A DNA stretch of 64,000 nucleotides from an uncultured Pelagibacteraceae bacterium (GTDB taxonomy: Bacteria; Pseudomonadota; Alphaproteobacteria; Pelagibacterales; Pelagibacteraceae): positions 5,596 through 69,595 of the forward strand of contig CACHIV010000005.1 in NCBI GenBank assembly GCA_902579985.1. The letters are read 5' to 3'. Every line of letters begins with the position of its first letter. Within the stretch, counting starts at the first letter, position 1. Shown piece by piece: positions 20,841 to 30,907 of this stretch. The position numbers were made by a program, and so were the translations under genes. The notes under the pieces were generated by a model, which saw nothing but the letters and a program-made list of their open reading frames with translations, was not told the DNA's origin and searched no databases.

Positions 20841-23054
20841 ATGGACAAAAAAAAAACAAAATTAACACTTTCAGGCATTGCCAAGAAATCAATAAAAAAT
20901 ATAGAGTTAGCAAAAACTAAAAGTAAAAATTCAGTTGTAATTGAAAAAAAAATTAACAAATTTTCTTCTAGAGCTAGTATAAATAAACCATCAAATATTA
21001 AGTCTAAATCAACAGCTTATACTAAAGGAACTTATACACCAAGATCAGGCTCACCTTTTAAACCATCTTTTCCAATAACTAATGATTATGAAAAACGTAA
21101 ATTAGCTGAACAAAGAGCAACAAGAAGACTTAAGGGTGATTCTTTAGAAAAAAGCAAATCTGATATAAAAAAAAGAGAGAGAAAACTAACAGTTTCAAGA
21201 GCCTTAAGCGATGAGATTGAAGCAAGATCAAGAAGTATGGCTTCACTTAAGAGAGCTAAGTTAAAAGAAAATAAAGAACTCTCTAAAAGAGAAATTCAAG
21301 AAAACTTAAAACCTGTAAAAAGGGAAGTAAATATCCCTGAAGCTATTACAGTTAGAGAATTAGCTAATAGAATGGCTGAACAATCTAGTAATGTTATTAA
21401 ACATTTATTTGGAATGGGAGTAACAGTTACGATTAATCAAACTCTTGCGGCAGATACTGCGGAATATTTAGTAAAAGAATTTGGGCATAATCCAATAAGA
21501 GAGGAAAAAGCAGAAGAAATTATTAAAAAGATTAAGGAAACCAGATCTGAAAATTTAAAAAATAGACCACCGATAGTAACTGTGATGGGACATGTAGATC
21601 ATGGAAAAACTTCAGTTTTAGATGTTTTAAGAAGTGCAAATGTCGTTTCTGGAGAGTTTGGTGGTATAACGCAGCATATTGGTGCTTATCAAATAGAACA
21701 TGAATCAAATAAGATTACGTTTATAGATACACCAGGCCACGCCGCATTTACCGAAATGAGAGCTAGAGGATCAAAATTAACTGATGTTGTAGTATTAGTT
21801 GTTGCAGCTGATGATGGTGTTAAACCACAAACAATAGAATCAATTAAGCACGCTAAAGCTGCAAATGTACCAATTGTAGTAGCAATAAACAAATGTGATT
21901 TACCAGATGCAGATCCACAAAAAATTAAAAATCAACTTTTAGAATATGAGTTAATAGCAGAAGAATTATCTGGTGATACTTTAATGGTTGAAATTTCAGC
22001 AAAAACAAAAAAAAATTTAGATAAGCTTATTGAGTCAATTTTATTACAATCTGAAATTTTAGATCTTAAAACAGATTTTGATTCAAAAGCAACTGGAATA
22101 GTTTTAGAATCAAAAATTGATGTAGGTAGAGGCGCAGTTGCAACTATAATTGTTACATCAGGAACAATAAAAAGAGGAGATTTTTTTGTAAGTGGTTTAA
22201 AGTGGGGAAAAATAAGAGCTTTGATTAATGATAGAGGACAAAATATCAGCGAAGCTCCACCATCATCACCTGTAGAAATTTTAGGTATTAATGGTCCGGC
22301 AAAATCTGGAGATGATTTTATTGTTTTAAACTCAGAAAAAGAGGCAAAAAATTTAAGTGAAAATAGAGCTGAGGAAAATAAGATTAATGTCAATCCTTTA
22401 ACTTTTGTAACTCAAGACTCCGCTTTTACTGATAAGTCTATTGATGAATTGAATATAATTGTAAAATCTGATGTACACGGCTCGTCTGAAGCAATTAAAA
22501 ATGCAATAAATCAAATTACTCATGAAGAGGTAAAGCCTAAAATTATATTATCAGATATTGGTATGGTAACTGAAACTGATGTCACATTAGCAAAAGCTTC
22601 TAATGCAGTATTAATTGCCTTTAATGTAAAACCAAGCAAGGAAGCTAAAAAGCTCGCAGAAAATGAAAAAATAAATATTGCTTCATACAATATAATTTAT
22701 GAAGTTTTAGATTATATTAAAAAGAAGATGTCTGGACTACTTGCTCCAGATGTTCAAGAAAATATTACTGGAACTGCTCAAATTTTAGAGATATTTAAAG
22801 TTTCTGGAACTGGAAAAGTTGCAGGATCAAAAGTTTTAGAAGGGGAAATAGTTAGTGGTTCAAACGTTAGAGTTATACGTGATGGAGCAATTATTTATAC
22901 TGGAAAAATTAGTACTATTTTTAGAGAAAAAAATCAGGCTAAACAGGTTAGTAATGGACAAGAGTGTGGAATAACACTTAAAGACTTTATAGACTTTCAA
23001 AAAAACGATACTATAGAAGCTTTTATGATAACTTCTACGGAGAGAATGGTATAA
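20841..23054 (+). CDS. infB: Translation initiation factor IF-2
   Basis: [34 protein letters not shown] and NKCD motifs. Confidence 0.99.
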   Translation: MDKKKTKLTLSGIAKKSIKNIELAKTKSKNSVVIEKKINKFSSRASINKPSNIKSKSTAYTKGTYTPRSGSPFKPSFPITNDYEKRKLAEQRATRRLKGDSLEKSKSDIKKRERKLTVSRALSDEIEARSRSMASLKRAKLKENKELSKREIQENLKPVKREVNIPEAITVRELANRMAEQSSNVIKHLFGMGVTVTINQTLAADTAEYLVKEFGHNPIREEKAEEIIKKIKETRSENLKNRPPIVTVMGHVDHGKTSVLDVLRSANVVSGEFGGITQHIGAYQIEHESNKITFIDTPGHAAFTEMRARGSKLTDVVVLVVAADDGVKPQTIESIKHAKAANVPIVVAINKCDLPDADPQKIKNQLLEYELIAEELSGDTLMVEISAKTKKNLDKLIESILLQSEILDLKTDFDSKATGIVLESKIDVGRGAVATIIVTSGTIKRGDFFVSGLKWGKIRALINDRGQNISEAPPSSPVEILGINGPAKSGDDFIVLNSEKEAKNLSENRAEENKINVNPLTFVTQDSAFTDKSIDELNIIVKSDVHGSSEAIKNAINQITHEEVKPKIILSDIGMVTETDVTLAKASNAVLIAFNVKPSKEAKKLAENEKINIASYNIIYEVLDYIKKKMSGLLAPDVQENITGTAQILEIFKVSGTGKVAGSKVLEGEIVSGSNVRVIRDGAIIYTGKISTIFREKNQAKQVSNGQECGITLKDFIDFQKNDTIEAFMITSTERMV

Positions 23055-23422
23055 TGGCTTATAGAATAGGAAAACCAGTTTCGCAAAGGCAATTACGCGT
23101 TGGAGAGATGATTAAGCAATCTTTAGGCATGATTTTTTCTAGAAATGAAGCTAAGGTTCCAAATTTAGAAACCAACACAATTACAGTAACAGAAGTAAAA
23201 ATGAGTCAAGATCTTAAAGTTGCAAAAGCTTATGTGCTGCCTTTAGGTGGAAAAGATACAGAAGAAGTTATTAAAAGATTAAAAGAATATTCTTTTTTAA
23301 TTAGAAAAGTTTTGTCTAAAAAAATAATTACAAAATATTTACCAAAAATTATTTTTGCTAAAGATGAATCTTTTGAATACGCAGAAAAAATTGAAAATTT
23401 AATAAAACAATCAAATAAATAG
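23054..23422 (+). CDS. rbfA: Ribosome-binding factor A
   Basis: SQRQLRVGEMI, VTEVKMSQDLKVAKAYV motifs; follows infB with a TAATG overlap. Confidence 0.95.
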   Translation: MAYRIGKPVSQRQLRVGEMIKQSLGMIFSRNEAKVPNLETNTITVTEVKMSQDLKVAKAYVLPLGGKDTEEVIKRLKEYSFLIRKVLSKKIITKYLPKIIFAKDESFEYAEKIENLIKQSNK

Positions 23423-23436
23423 GAAAAAAAAATATT

Positions 23437-23685
23437 ATGATAAAAAAAACAGAAGAATTAAAAATGCATGATAAAGACACTGGTTCTTCAGAAGTACAAA
23501 TTGCATTACTAACTGATAAGATTGAGACTCTTTCAAAACACATAGATAAGTTTAAAAAAGATAAACATTCTTCAGTGGGACTCTTAAGAGCTGTAAATAG
23601 AAGAAAGAAATTGTTAGAATACCTTAAAAAAAATAAAATGGATTCTTACAAAAATGTACTGTCGAAATTGAATATAAGAAAATAG
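23437..23685 (+). CDS. rpsO: 30S ribosomal protein uS15
   Basis: HDKDTGSSEVQIALLT, KKDKHS and GLLRAVNRRKKLLEYL motifs; position before pnp. Confidence 0.95.
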   Translation: MIKKTEELKMHDKDTGSSEVQIALLTDKIETLSKHIDKFKKDKHSSVGLLRAVNRRKKLLEYLKKNKMDSYKNVLSKLNIRK

Positions 23686-23742
23686 AAATCAAGGTAGATA
23701 GAACGGAATGGAACAAAAAGAACGAAAAGAAATGGAAATGAA

Positions 23743-25815
23743 ATGTTTAAAGTATATAAAAAGGAAATCGAAGTAGCAGGAAAGAAGATAAGTTTAGAAA
23801 CAGGTAAAGTAGCGAGACAGGCAGATGGAGCAATTATAGCCACGTGCGGTGAAACAGTTATTTTAGCAACAGTAGTAGGAGCAAAAAAAGTAAATCCCGA
23901 TATGGATTACTTTCCTCTATCAGTAAACTATCAAGAAAAATATTATGCAGGTGGAAAAATACCAGGTGGATATTTTAAAAGAGAAGCAAGACCAACTGAG
24001 AGCGAAACGTTAATCTCTAGATTAATTGATAGACCAATTAGACCTTTGTTCCCAGATGAATTTAAAAATGAAGTACAGTTATTACCAACAGTAATTTCAT
24101 ATGACAAAGAAAATCAACCAGATATTTTATCAATTACTGCTTCATCAGCAGCTCTAGCTATTTCAGGAATGCCATTTATGGGACCTGTAGGAGCATCAAG
24201 GGTAGGTTTTGTTAATGGTAAATATATTCTTAACCCATCAAAAACTGAATTAGAAAACTCAAGTTTAGATTTAGTTGTAGCAGGCACTAAAGATGCTGTG
24301 CTTATGGTTGAGTCAGAAGCTAACGGTTTAACAGAGGAAGAAATGTTAAATGCAGTTAAATTTGGCCATGAAGGTTTTGTTCCAGTAATCAATATGATAG
24401 AAGAACTTGCAAAAGAATGTAGAAAAGCTGAATGGATTGTTGAGAAAAAAGATTTATCAGAGGTTAAGAAAAAACTTGAAGAAACATTTACAGATGATCT
24501 CAAAAAAGCTTTTGGTACAAGAGATAAACAAGATAGATCAAATCAAATTTCAGAGATAACAGATAAAGCTAAGAAGCTCTATGAAGAACACGAAGATTTC
24601 ACTGATCTTGACGTAAATAGCCAATTAAAAAATTTGGAAAAATCTATTGTAAGAACAGAAATTCTTAAAAATAAAAATAGAATTGATGGCAGAGGTTTAT
24701 CAGATGTAAGACCTATTTCATGTGAAGTAGGTATTTTACCGAGAACTCATGGGTCGGCACTGTTCACTAGAGGAGAAACACAAGCAATTGTAGTTGCTAC
24801 TCTTGGTACTTCTGATGATGAGCAAAGGTTAGAAAGTTTAGATGGTCAACAAAGAGAACGATTTATGCTTCATTATAACTTCCCTCCTTTTTCAGTTGGT
24901 GAAACCGGAAGAATTGGAACCGGAAGAAGAGAAATAGGTCATGGAAAACTAGCTTGGAGAGCAATAAATTCTTCTCTTCCTTCAAAAGAAGCTTTTCCAT
25001 ACACTTTTAGAATAGTGTCAGAGATTACAGAATCTAATGGTTCGTCTTCTATGGCTACGGTTTGTGGAACATCACTTGCATTAATGGATGCTGGAGTACC
25101 AATTAAAGAACCAGTTGCTGGTATTGCAATGGGTTTAATTAAAGAGGATGATGATTTTAGTGTTCTATCAGACATTTTAGGTGATGAAGATCATTTAGGG
25201 GATATGGATTTTAAAGTTGCAGGAACTAAAAATGGAATTACTTCACTTCAAATGGATATTAAAATTACTGGTATTACGTTTGAAATCATGGAGCAGGCAT
25301 TAAGCCAAGCTAAGGAAGGAAGAATTCATATTTTAGGTGAAATGAATAAAGCATTAGATAAATCAAGATCTGATGTTGGAAAGCACACTCCAAAAATGGA
25401 AAAGATTACTGTTGATAAGAAAGATATTGCAGCAGTTATTGGAAAAGGTGGTGCAACGATAAGAGAGATTGTTGAAAAATCTGGTGCTAAGGTTGATGTT
25501 AATGATGCAGGAGTCGTTACTGTTGCTGCTCCAGACGAGGAGTCTAGAAATATTGCTTTGCAAATAATTAAAGACATTACAGCAAAAGCAGAATTAAATA
25601 AAATTTATAGTGGTAAAGTTATGAAAATTATGGAGTTCGGAGCTTTTGTAAATTTTTTAGGAAAACAAGATGGGCTTGTTCATATTTCTGAGCTAGCTCC
25701 CAAAAGAGTAGAAAAAGTTACTGATGTCGTTAAAGAAGGTGACGAGGTAAAAGTTAAGGTAATTGGTTTTGATAGAGGTAAAGTTAAACTTTCTATGAAA
25801 CAAGCTACTGAATAA
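23743..25815 (+). CDS. pnp: Polyribonucleotide nucleotidyltransferase (PNPase)
   Basis: [34 protein letters not shown] and [13 protein letters not shown] motifs; KH and S1 domains. Confidence 0.99.
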   Translation: MFKVYKKEIEVAGKKISLETGKVARQADGAIIATCGETVILATVVGAKKVNPDMDYFPLSVNYQEKYYAGGKIPGGYFKREARPTESETLISRLIDRPIRPLFPDEFKNEVQLLPTVISYDKENQPDILSITASSAALAISGMPFMGPVGASRVGFVNGKYILNPSKTELENSSLDLVVAGTKDAVLMVESEANGLTEEEMLNAVKFGHEGFVPVINMIEELAKECRKAEWIVEKKDLSEVKKKLEETFTDDLKKAFGTRDKQDRSNQISEITDKAKKLYEEHEDFTDLDVNSQLKNLEKSIVRTEILKNKNRIDGRGLSDVRPISCEVGILPRTHGSALFTRGETQAIVVATLGTSDDEQRLESLDGQQRERFMLHYNFPPFSVGETGRIGTGRREIGHGKLAWRAINSSLPSKEAFPYTFRIVSEITESNGSSSMATVCGTSLALMDAGVPIKEPVAGIAMGLIKEDDDFSVLSDILGDEDHLGDMDFKVAGTKNGITSLQMDIKITGITFEIMEQALSQAKEGRIHILGEMNKALDKSRSDVGKHTPKMEKITVDKKDIAAVIGKGGATIREIVEKSGAKVDVNDAGVVTVAAPDEESRNIALQIIKDITAKAELNKIYSGKVMKIMEFGAFVNFLGKQDGLVHISELAPKRVEKVTDVVKEGDEVKVKVIGFDRGKVKLSMKQATE

Positions 25816-25835
25816 ATTTATTTGGTAGCTATTTT
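25803..25835 (+). terminator. Possible (bidirectional) terminator hairpin at the pnp stop
   Basis: agctac-tg-aata ... tatt-tg-gtagct stem (25803-25830) followed by atttt; lies where pnp meets the convergent small ORF. Confidence 0.4.
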
Positions 25836-25983
25836 ACTTAATTTTATATTTAATTTTACTAATTAGAAATAATGCAATAGCACTTAAAAGAGCAAATAAT
25901 TCAAGAGCATGTCCAGAATCACCTAAAATTAGTTGCACAAATGCAAATATTATACAAACAATAAACCAAACTAAAATCAACAT
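25834..25983 (-). CDS. Unannotated 49-aa two-TM small membrane protein at the end of the fabA-fabB-fabI operon
   Basis: Manual translation MLILVWFIVCIIFAFVQLILGDSGHALELFALLSAIALFLISKIKYKIK; starts 7 nt after the fabI stop on the same strand and fills the gap. Confidence 0.7.
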   Translation of the reverse strand: MLILVWFIVCIIFAFVQLILGDSGHALELFALLSAIALFLISKIKYKIK

Positions 25984-25990
25984 CTTAATT

Positions 25991-26776
25991 TTAAGTTATA
26001 TTTTTTGGATCTGGCATTCCAACTTTATTATATCCTGCATCTACGTAGTGAATTTCACCCGTAACACCTTTTGCAAGATCACTTAATAAATACAGTGCTG
26101 AATTTCCAACATCGTGTATATCTACATTTCTCTTTAGAAAAGAATGATCTTCATTCCATTTATACAAGAATTTTGCATCTCCAATAGCTGAAGCTGCTAA
26201 TGTTTTAATTGGTCCAGCACTTATTGCATTCACTCTCACACCTACACTTCCCAAATCTCTTGCAAGGTACTTAACACTCGCCTCTAATGCTGACTTACAA
26301 ACACCCATTACGTTATAATTTGGAATAGCTTTAGTGGATTCGTAAGTTAAGGTTAATAAACTTCCATCTTTCTTTAATACTTTAGATGCTTCTTTTGCAA
26401 CTTCTGTAAAAGAAAAACATGAAATTAACATACTTCTCAAGAAATTTTCTCTAGTTGTATTTAAATATTCACCTGATAGTTCTGATTTATCAGAGAAAGC
26501 TATTGCATGTACTACAAAATCAATTTCTCCCCATTGAGATTTAACATTTTCAAATAATTTCACTATATCTTCTTTTTTCTCAACATCGCAACTAAATGTT
26601 TTTTTTGAATTTAATTTTTCAGCTAAAGGAATAACTCTTTTTTTCAAAGCATCTCCAAGATAAGTAAATGCAAGTTCAGCCCCTGCTTCTACAAGTTTTT
26701 GTGAAATTCCCCAAGCAATAGATCTTTCATTGGCAACACCCATGATCAATCCTTTTTTACCCTTCATTAAATCCAC
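25991..26776 (-). CDS. fabI: Enoyl-ACP reductase (NADH)
   Basis: GKKGLIMGVANERSIAWGI, YNVMGVCKSALE and RVNAISAGPIKTLA motifs. Confidence 0.97.
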   Translation of the reverse strand: MDLMKGKKGLIMGVANERSIAWGISQKLVEAGAELAFTYLGDALKKRVIPLAEKLNSKKTFSCDVEKKEDIVKLFENVKSQWGEIDFVVHAIAFSDKSELSGEYLNTTRENFLRSMLISCFSFTEVAKEASKVLKKDGSLLTLTYESTKAIPNYNVMGVCKSALEASVKYLARDLGSVGVRVNAISAGPIKTLAASAIGDAKFLYKWNEDHSFLKRNVDIHDVGNSALYLLSDLAKGVTGEIHYVDAGYNKVGMPDPKNIT

Positions 26777-26778
26777 AG

Positions 26779-27990
26779 CTAAACCTTTTCAAAAATTAAA
26801 GTTGCATTTGTTCCACCAAATCCAAAACTGTTAGACATAATAGAATTTAAAGTTATATTCTTTTCAACCTTTGTAACTATAGGATATTTTTTTGCTTCAT
26901 CATCTATATCAGTTATGTTTATAGATGCTGAAATAAAATTATTTTTCATCATAATTAAACTATAAACTGCCTCATGTACTGAGGTTGCTCCTAAAGAATG
27001 ACCTGAAAGAGATTTTGTAGAGCTTATTTTAGGGATACTTTCTTTAAAAACCTCTCCAACAGCTTTTAGTTCAGTTATGTCTCCTACAGGCGTTGAAGTT
27101 CCATGCGTATTTATATAATCAATTTTATTTTTACATGTGCTTAAAGCCATTTTCATACATCTTATCGCTCCTTCTCCCGAAGGTGCTACCATGTCGTATC
27201 CATCTGATGTTGCGCCATACCCAGTTAGTTCAGCATAAATTTTTGCACCTCTAGCTTTAGCATGTTCATATTCTTCTAAAACCAAAACTCCACCTCCACC
27301 AGATATTACAAATCCATCTCTGGTTTTGTCATATGGCCTTGAGGCTTTTTCAGGGGTATCGTTGTATTTTGAAGAGAGAGCAGTCATAGCATCAAACATT
27401 GCTGTCATAGCATAGTGAACTTCATCACTTCCACCTGCAAATATAATTTTTTGTTTTCCAAGTTGAATCAATTCCATAGCATTTCCAATACAATGTCCGC
27501 TAGTTGCACAAGCAGAACTAATTGTATAGTTAACACCTTTAATTTTAAAAGGTACAGCTAAAGTAGCTGAAGCTGTACTCGACATAGTTCTGGGAACTAC
27601 AAATGGCCCCATTTTTTTTGGATTTTTTTCTCTAGTTTTGTCAGCAGCCAATATAACATTTTGAATTGATGGTCCACCAGACCCCATAATCATTCCAGTT
27701 GAAGTATTACTTACATCCTTTTCTTCTAATCCAGAGTCTTTAACCGCTTCAGTCATAGAAATATAATTATAAGCAGAGCCAGGTCCCATAAATCTTATAA
27801 ATTTTCTATCTACATGGTCTTCAAGTTTTATATTTGGCTTACCATGTACATTACTTTTTAGATTATATTCTTTATATTCTTCAGAAAAAGTAATACCAGA
27901 TTTTGAATTTAATAAAGATTTATAAACTTCTTCTTGGTTATTACCTAAACAAGACACAACTCCAATACCAGTAATAACCACTCTTTTCAT
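26779..27990 (-). CDS. fabB: 3-oxoacyl-ACP synthase I
   Basis: [28 protein letters not shown] and NSFGFGGTN motifs; between fabA and fabI. Confidence 0.95.
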   Translation of the reverse strand: MKRVVITGIGVVSCLGNNQEEVYKSLLNSKSGITFSEEYKEYNLKSNVHGKPNIKLEDHVDRKFIRFMGPGSAYNYISMTEAVKDSGLEEKDVSNTSTGMIMGSGGPSIQNVILAADKTREKNPKKMGPFVVPRTMSSTASATLAVPFKIKGVNYTISSACATSGHCIGNAMELIQLGKQKIIFAGGSDEVHYAMTAMFDAMTALSSKYNDTPEKASRPYDKTRDGFVISGGGGVLVLEEYEHAKARGAKIYAELTGYGATSDGYDMVAPSGEGAIRCMKMALSTCKNKIDYINTHGTSTPVGDITELKAVGEVFKESIPKISSTKSLSGHSLGATSVHEAVYSLIMMKNNFISASINITDIDDEAKKYPIVTKVEKNITLNSIMSNSFGFGGTNATLIFEKV

Positions 27991-28490
27991 TATTTAAATA
28001 ATCCTACTTTAAGATTTTCTGCTGAATATATTTCTTTGTCGTCTGCAAGTAATAAGCCATTAGCTAAACCAACCGAAGTTTCTCCAGGCGACATAATTTT
28101 TTTCATATCAATTATATAAGTTGCTTTTTTTATATTTTTTAAAACTTCACCAGTAAATTTTACTGCACCAACTCCTAAAGCTCTACCCTTTCCAGGATTG
28201 CCTAACCATCCTAAGTAAAAGCCAACTAGTTGCCACATAGCATCTAAACCTAGACATCCTGGCATTACCGGATCTTCTTTAAAATGACATTTAAAAAACC
28301 AAAGATCTTCTTTAATATCTAGTTCAGCTTTTATTAATCCTTTTTTAAAAGCTCCGCTATTATCATTTATTTCGGTTATTCTATCAAACATGAGCATTGG
28401 TGGAAGGGGTAATTTAGCGTTCCCAGGCCCAAAAAGTTCCCCGTTTCCACAACTTATTAGCTCCTCATAAGTGAATGAGTTTTTTTTCAT
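27990..28490 (-). CDS. fabA: 3-hydroxydecanoyl-ACP dehydratase/isomerase
   Basis: [12 protein letters not shown] and [20 protein letters not shown] motifs. ATG at 28490 preferred; the track's extension runs through the irr promoter. Confidence 0.96.
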   Translation of the reverse strand: MKKNSFTYEELISCGNGELFGPGNAKLPLPPMLMFDRITEINDNSGAFKKGLIKAELDIKEDLWFFKCHFKEDPVMPGCLGLDAMWQLVGFYLGWLGNPGKGRALGVGAVKFTGEVLKNIKKATYIIDMKKIMSPGETSVGLANGLLLADDKEIYSAENLKVGLFK

Positions 28491-28542
28491 AAATTTAAGC
28501 ACCTTTATTACTTGATTTATTAAGATTATAATATACAAATAG

Positions 28543-28559
28543 TTTAGAATTATTATAAA
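28543..28559. promoter_or_regulatory. Iron control element (ICE, Irr box) upstream of irr
   Basis: TTTAGAA-tta-TTATAAA versus consensus TTTAGAA-N3-TTCTAAA (1 mismatch), 5 nt before the irr ATG. Confidence 0.75.
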
Positions 28560-28564
28560 GAATA

Positions 28565-28993
28565 ATGAATAATTTGAATATATATACAAAAAAATTAAGA
28601 GAATCTGGTCTAAGACCTACTAGACAGAGGCTAAAGATTTGTGAAGTGCTATTTTCTCCTGAAAAAACTTTCCATTTCACAATAAAAGATTTAACTAAAA
28701 TAATTGAGCAAAAACTAAGTGAAAAAATTTCTTTAGCTACAGTTTATAATACTGTTCATGCTTTTAAGAAAAAAGGCTATTTAAAAGAAATTTCTATTAA
28801 CAGTGATAAAAGTTATTTTGACACCAATGTTACAGAACATCATCATTTTTTTGATGAAGATACAAATGAGTTAATAGACTGTGGAAAAAATGAAATTGAT
28901 TCTGTAAATATTAAACAAAATATTACTGGGAAAAAAATAAAATCAGTTGAAGTATTGGTTAAAGTTGCAACTGATAATCAAAATCAAAATTAA
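28565..28993 (+). CDS. irr: Iron response regulator Irr (Fur family)
   Basis: [19 protein letters not shown] and HHHF heme-binding motif; divergent from fabA as usual for irr. Confidence 0.9.
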   Translation: MNNLNIYTKKLRESGLRPTRQRLKICEVLFSPEKTFHFTIKDLTKIIEQKLSEKISLATVYNTVHAFKKKGYLKEISINSDKSYFDTNVTEHHHFFDEDTNELIDCGKNEIDSVNIKQNITGKKIKSVEVLVKVATDNQNQN

Positions 28994-29022
28994 ATTAATA
29001 ATTTCAATTACTTAACACTTAT

Positions 29023-29039
29023 ATTAAAATAATTCTAAA
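29023..29039. promoter_or_regulatory. ICE (Irr box) 1 upstream of rubrerythrin
   Basis: ATTAAAA-taa-TTCTAAA (2 mismatches to consensus), abutting the -35 element. Confidence 0.55.
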
Positions 29040-29042
29040 CTG

Positions 29043-29071
29043 TTGACAACTACTTTAGAATCATTATATAT
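29043..29071 (+). promoter_or_regulatory. Sigma70 promoter of the rubrerythrin operon with an overlapping ICE (29054-29070)
   Basis: TTGACA(29043-48)-N17-TATATT(29066-71). TTTAGAA-tca-TTATATA covers the spacer and -10. Confidence 0.75.
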
Positions 29072-29096
29072 TTTAACAATCATTAAGGAGAAAAAT

Positions 29097-29513
29097 ATGT
29101 CATTAAAAGGAAGTAAAACGGAAGAAAATTTAAAAGAAGCTTTTGCTGGTGAAAGTCAGGCTAATAGACGTTATCTATATTTCGCTCAAAAAGCAGATAT
29201 TGAAGGCTACAATGATGTAGCTACAGTTTTTAGATCTACTGCAGAAGGTGAAACTGGGCATGCCCATGGTCATTTAGAATATCTTGAGGAAGTAGGAGAT
29301 CCAGCAACTGGAAAACCGATCGGTGAAACTAAAGCAAATTTAGCTTCAGCTGTAGCAGGTGAAACGCATGAGTATACTGATATGTATCCAGGAATGGCAA
29401 AAACAGCTAGAGAAGAGGGATTTGATGAAATTGCTGATTGGTTCGAAACTTTAGCAAAAGCTGAAAAATCTCACGCAGGAAAATTCCAAAAGACTTTAGA
29501 TTCTATTGCGTAA
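29097..29513 (+). CDS. rbr: Rubrerythrin (short type, no rubredoxin domain)
   Basis: SD AAGGAG at 29085-90; MSLKGSKTEENLKEAFAGESQANRRYLYFA, EGETGHAHGH and AEKSH di-iron motifs; 138 aa. Confidence 0.93.
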   Translation: MSLKGSKTEENLKEAFAGESQANRRYLYFAQKADIEGYNDVATVFRSTAEGETGHAHGHLEYLEEVGDPATGKPIGETKANLASAVAGETHEYTDMYPGMAKTAREEGFDEIADWFETLAKAEKSHAGKFQKTLDSIA

Positions 29514-29527
29514 ATAAAATTAATTTA

Positions 29528-29547
29528 TGGTGGAGATATCTCCACCA
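29528..29547. repeat. Perfect 20-bp palindrome/hairpin between rbr and the Fe-S oxidoreductase gene
   Basis: tggtggagatatctccacca; no U-tract follows on the + strand. Confidence 0.85.
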
Positions 29548-29570
29548 AAAATTCCAAAAGTAATAATTGT

Positions 29571-30902
29571 ATGAGTAAAGAAGGAAGCACTGAAGCACCT
29601 ACAAGGCATCCGATAGATTTTAAACATCCAGATTTTTTAAATCCAGAAAAATTAGATGCTGAGATGAGAAGGGTATTTGACATTTGTCACGGCTGTAGAA
29701 GGTGTTTTAATCTATGTGATTCATTTCCAAAATTATTCGATATGATAGATGACTCAGAAAAAGAAGACGTTGAGAGTTTATCAAGTAAACAATTTGAGCC
29801 AGTAGTAGACGCTTGTACTTTATGTGATATGTGTTTTATGACTAAGTGTCCTTATGTACCACCTCATGATTTTAACTTAGATTTTCCTCATTTAATGTTA
29901 AGATACAGAACAGCTCAAAGAAAATTAAATAAATTACCATTCATACCTTCACAATTAGCTCAGATTGATAGAAACGCTAAAATTGGCGTAGTATTATCTT
30001 CATTGATAAATTGGGCTTCAAATATTAAAAATAAAATTTTTAGAAAAATATTAGAACTAGTGGCTGGTATTGATATGAAGGTTAAGCTTCCAGTTTATAA
30101 TTCAGAAACATTTACAAAATATTTTAAAAAAAATTCTCATAAATTGAATGTTTATCAGCCAAAAAAAAATAGGAAAGTTGTAATTTACTCTACTTGTTTT
30201 GTTAATTTTAATAAAAAAGATACGGGAGTAGCAGCTGTAAAAGTTTTAAAAAAAAATGGTGTTAACGTCCAAGAAGCTTACCCAGGTTGTTGTGGAATGC
30301 CTTTTCTAGAACAAGCTGATTTACCAAAAGTTGTTGAACAAGCTAAAAAAGTTTCTAAAGATTTATTAGATTGGGTAGATAAAGGATATAAAATAGTTAC
30401 ACTTACAGCTAGTTGTGGCTTAATGTTGAAGTTTGAATGGCCTTTACTCTTACCTAATGATGAAGATATTAAAAGACTTTCAAAAAATGTAAGCGATATA
30501 GACGAATACATAGTTGATATAGCTCAAAATGAGGGTTTAGCAGAGGGTTTACGAGAAATAGACGGTGGAATTACAGTTCATAATGCTTGTCATGCTAGAG
30601 CTCAAAATATGGGAATAAAGGCTAGAGATATGTTGAAGCTTATTCCAAATGTAAAAATAGATGTTGTCGAAAGATGTGCTGGACATGGTGGAACTTTTGG
30701 AGTGATGAAAGATACTTTTAAACTTGCAGTAAAAGTTGGAAGACCTACAGCAAGACAAATCAAAAACAAAAAAAATAAATATATGGCTTCTGATTGTCCT
30801 TTAGCAGGAAAACATTTGAAGCAATTAGAGGCAGATACAAATATTGCAAATGATGAGGCACTACATCCTATCGAATTAATGGCAAAAAGCTATAGGTTAT
30901 AA
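29571..30902 (+). CDS. Fe-S oxidoreductase (GlpC/HdrD-like; two ferredoxin motifs plus CCG domains)
   Basis: CHGCRRCFNLC, CTLCDMCFMTKCP, GCCG, HNACH, CAGHGG and SDCP motifs. Confidence 0.88.
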   Translation: MSKEGSTEAPTRHPIDFKHPDFLNPEKLDAEMRRVFDICHGCRRCFNLCDSFPKLFDMIDDSEKEDVESLSSKQFEPVVDACTLCDMCFMTKCPYVPPHDFNLDFPHLMLRYRTAQRKLNKLPFIPSQLAQIDRNAKIGVVLSSLINWASNIKNKIFRKILELVAGIDMKVKLPVYNSETFTKYFKKNSHKLNVYQPKKNRKVVIYSTCFVNFNKKDTGVAAVKVLKKNGVNVQEAYPGCCGMPFLEQADLPKVVEQAKKVSKDLLDWVDKGYKIVTLTASCGLMLKFEWPLLLPNDEDIKRLSKNVSDIDEYIVDIAQNEGLAEGLREIDGGITVHNACHARAQNMGIKARDMLKLIPNVKIDVVERCAGHGGTFGVMKDTFKLAVKVGRPTARQIKNKKNKYMASDCPLAGKHLKQLEADTNIANDEALHPIELMAKSYRL

Positions 30903-30907
30903 TTATA

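Noticed and set aside
23701-23723. GAAC repeats as an alphaproteobacterial LexA box
   Set aside because: Spacers are 6 and 5 nt, not the required GAAC-N7-GAAC.
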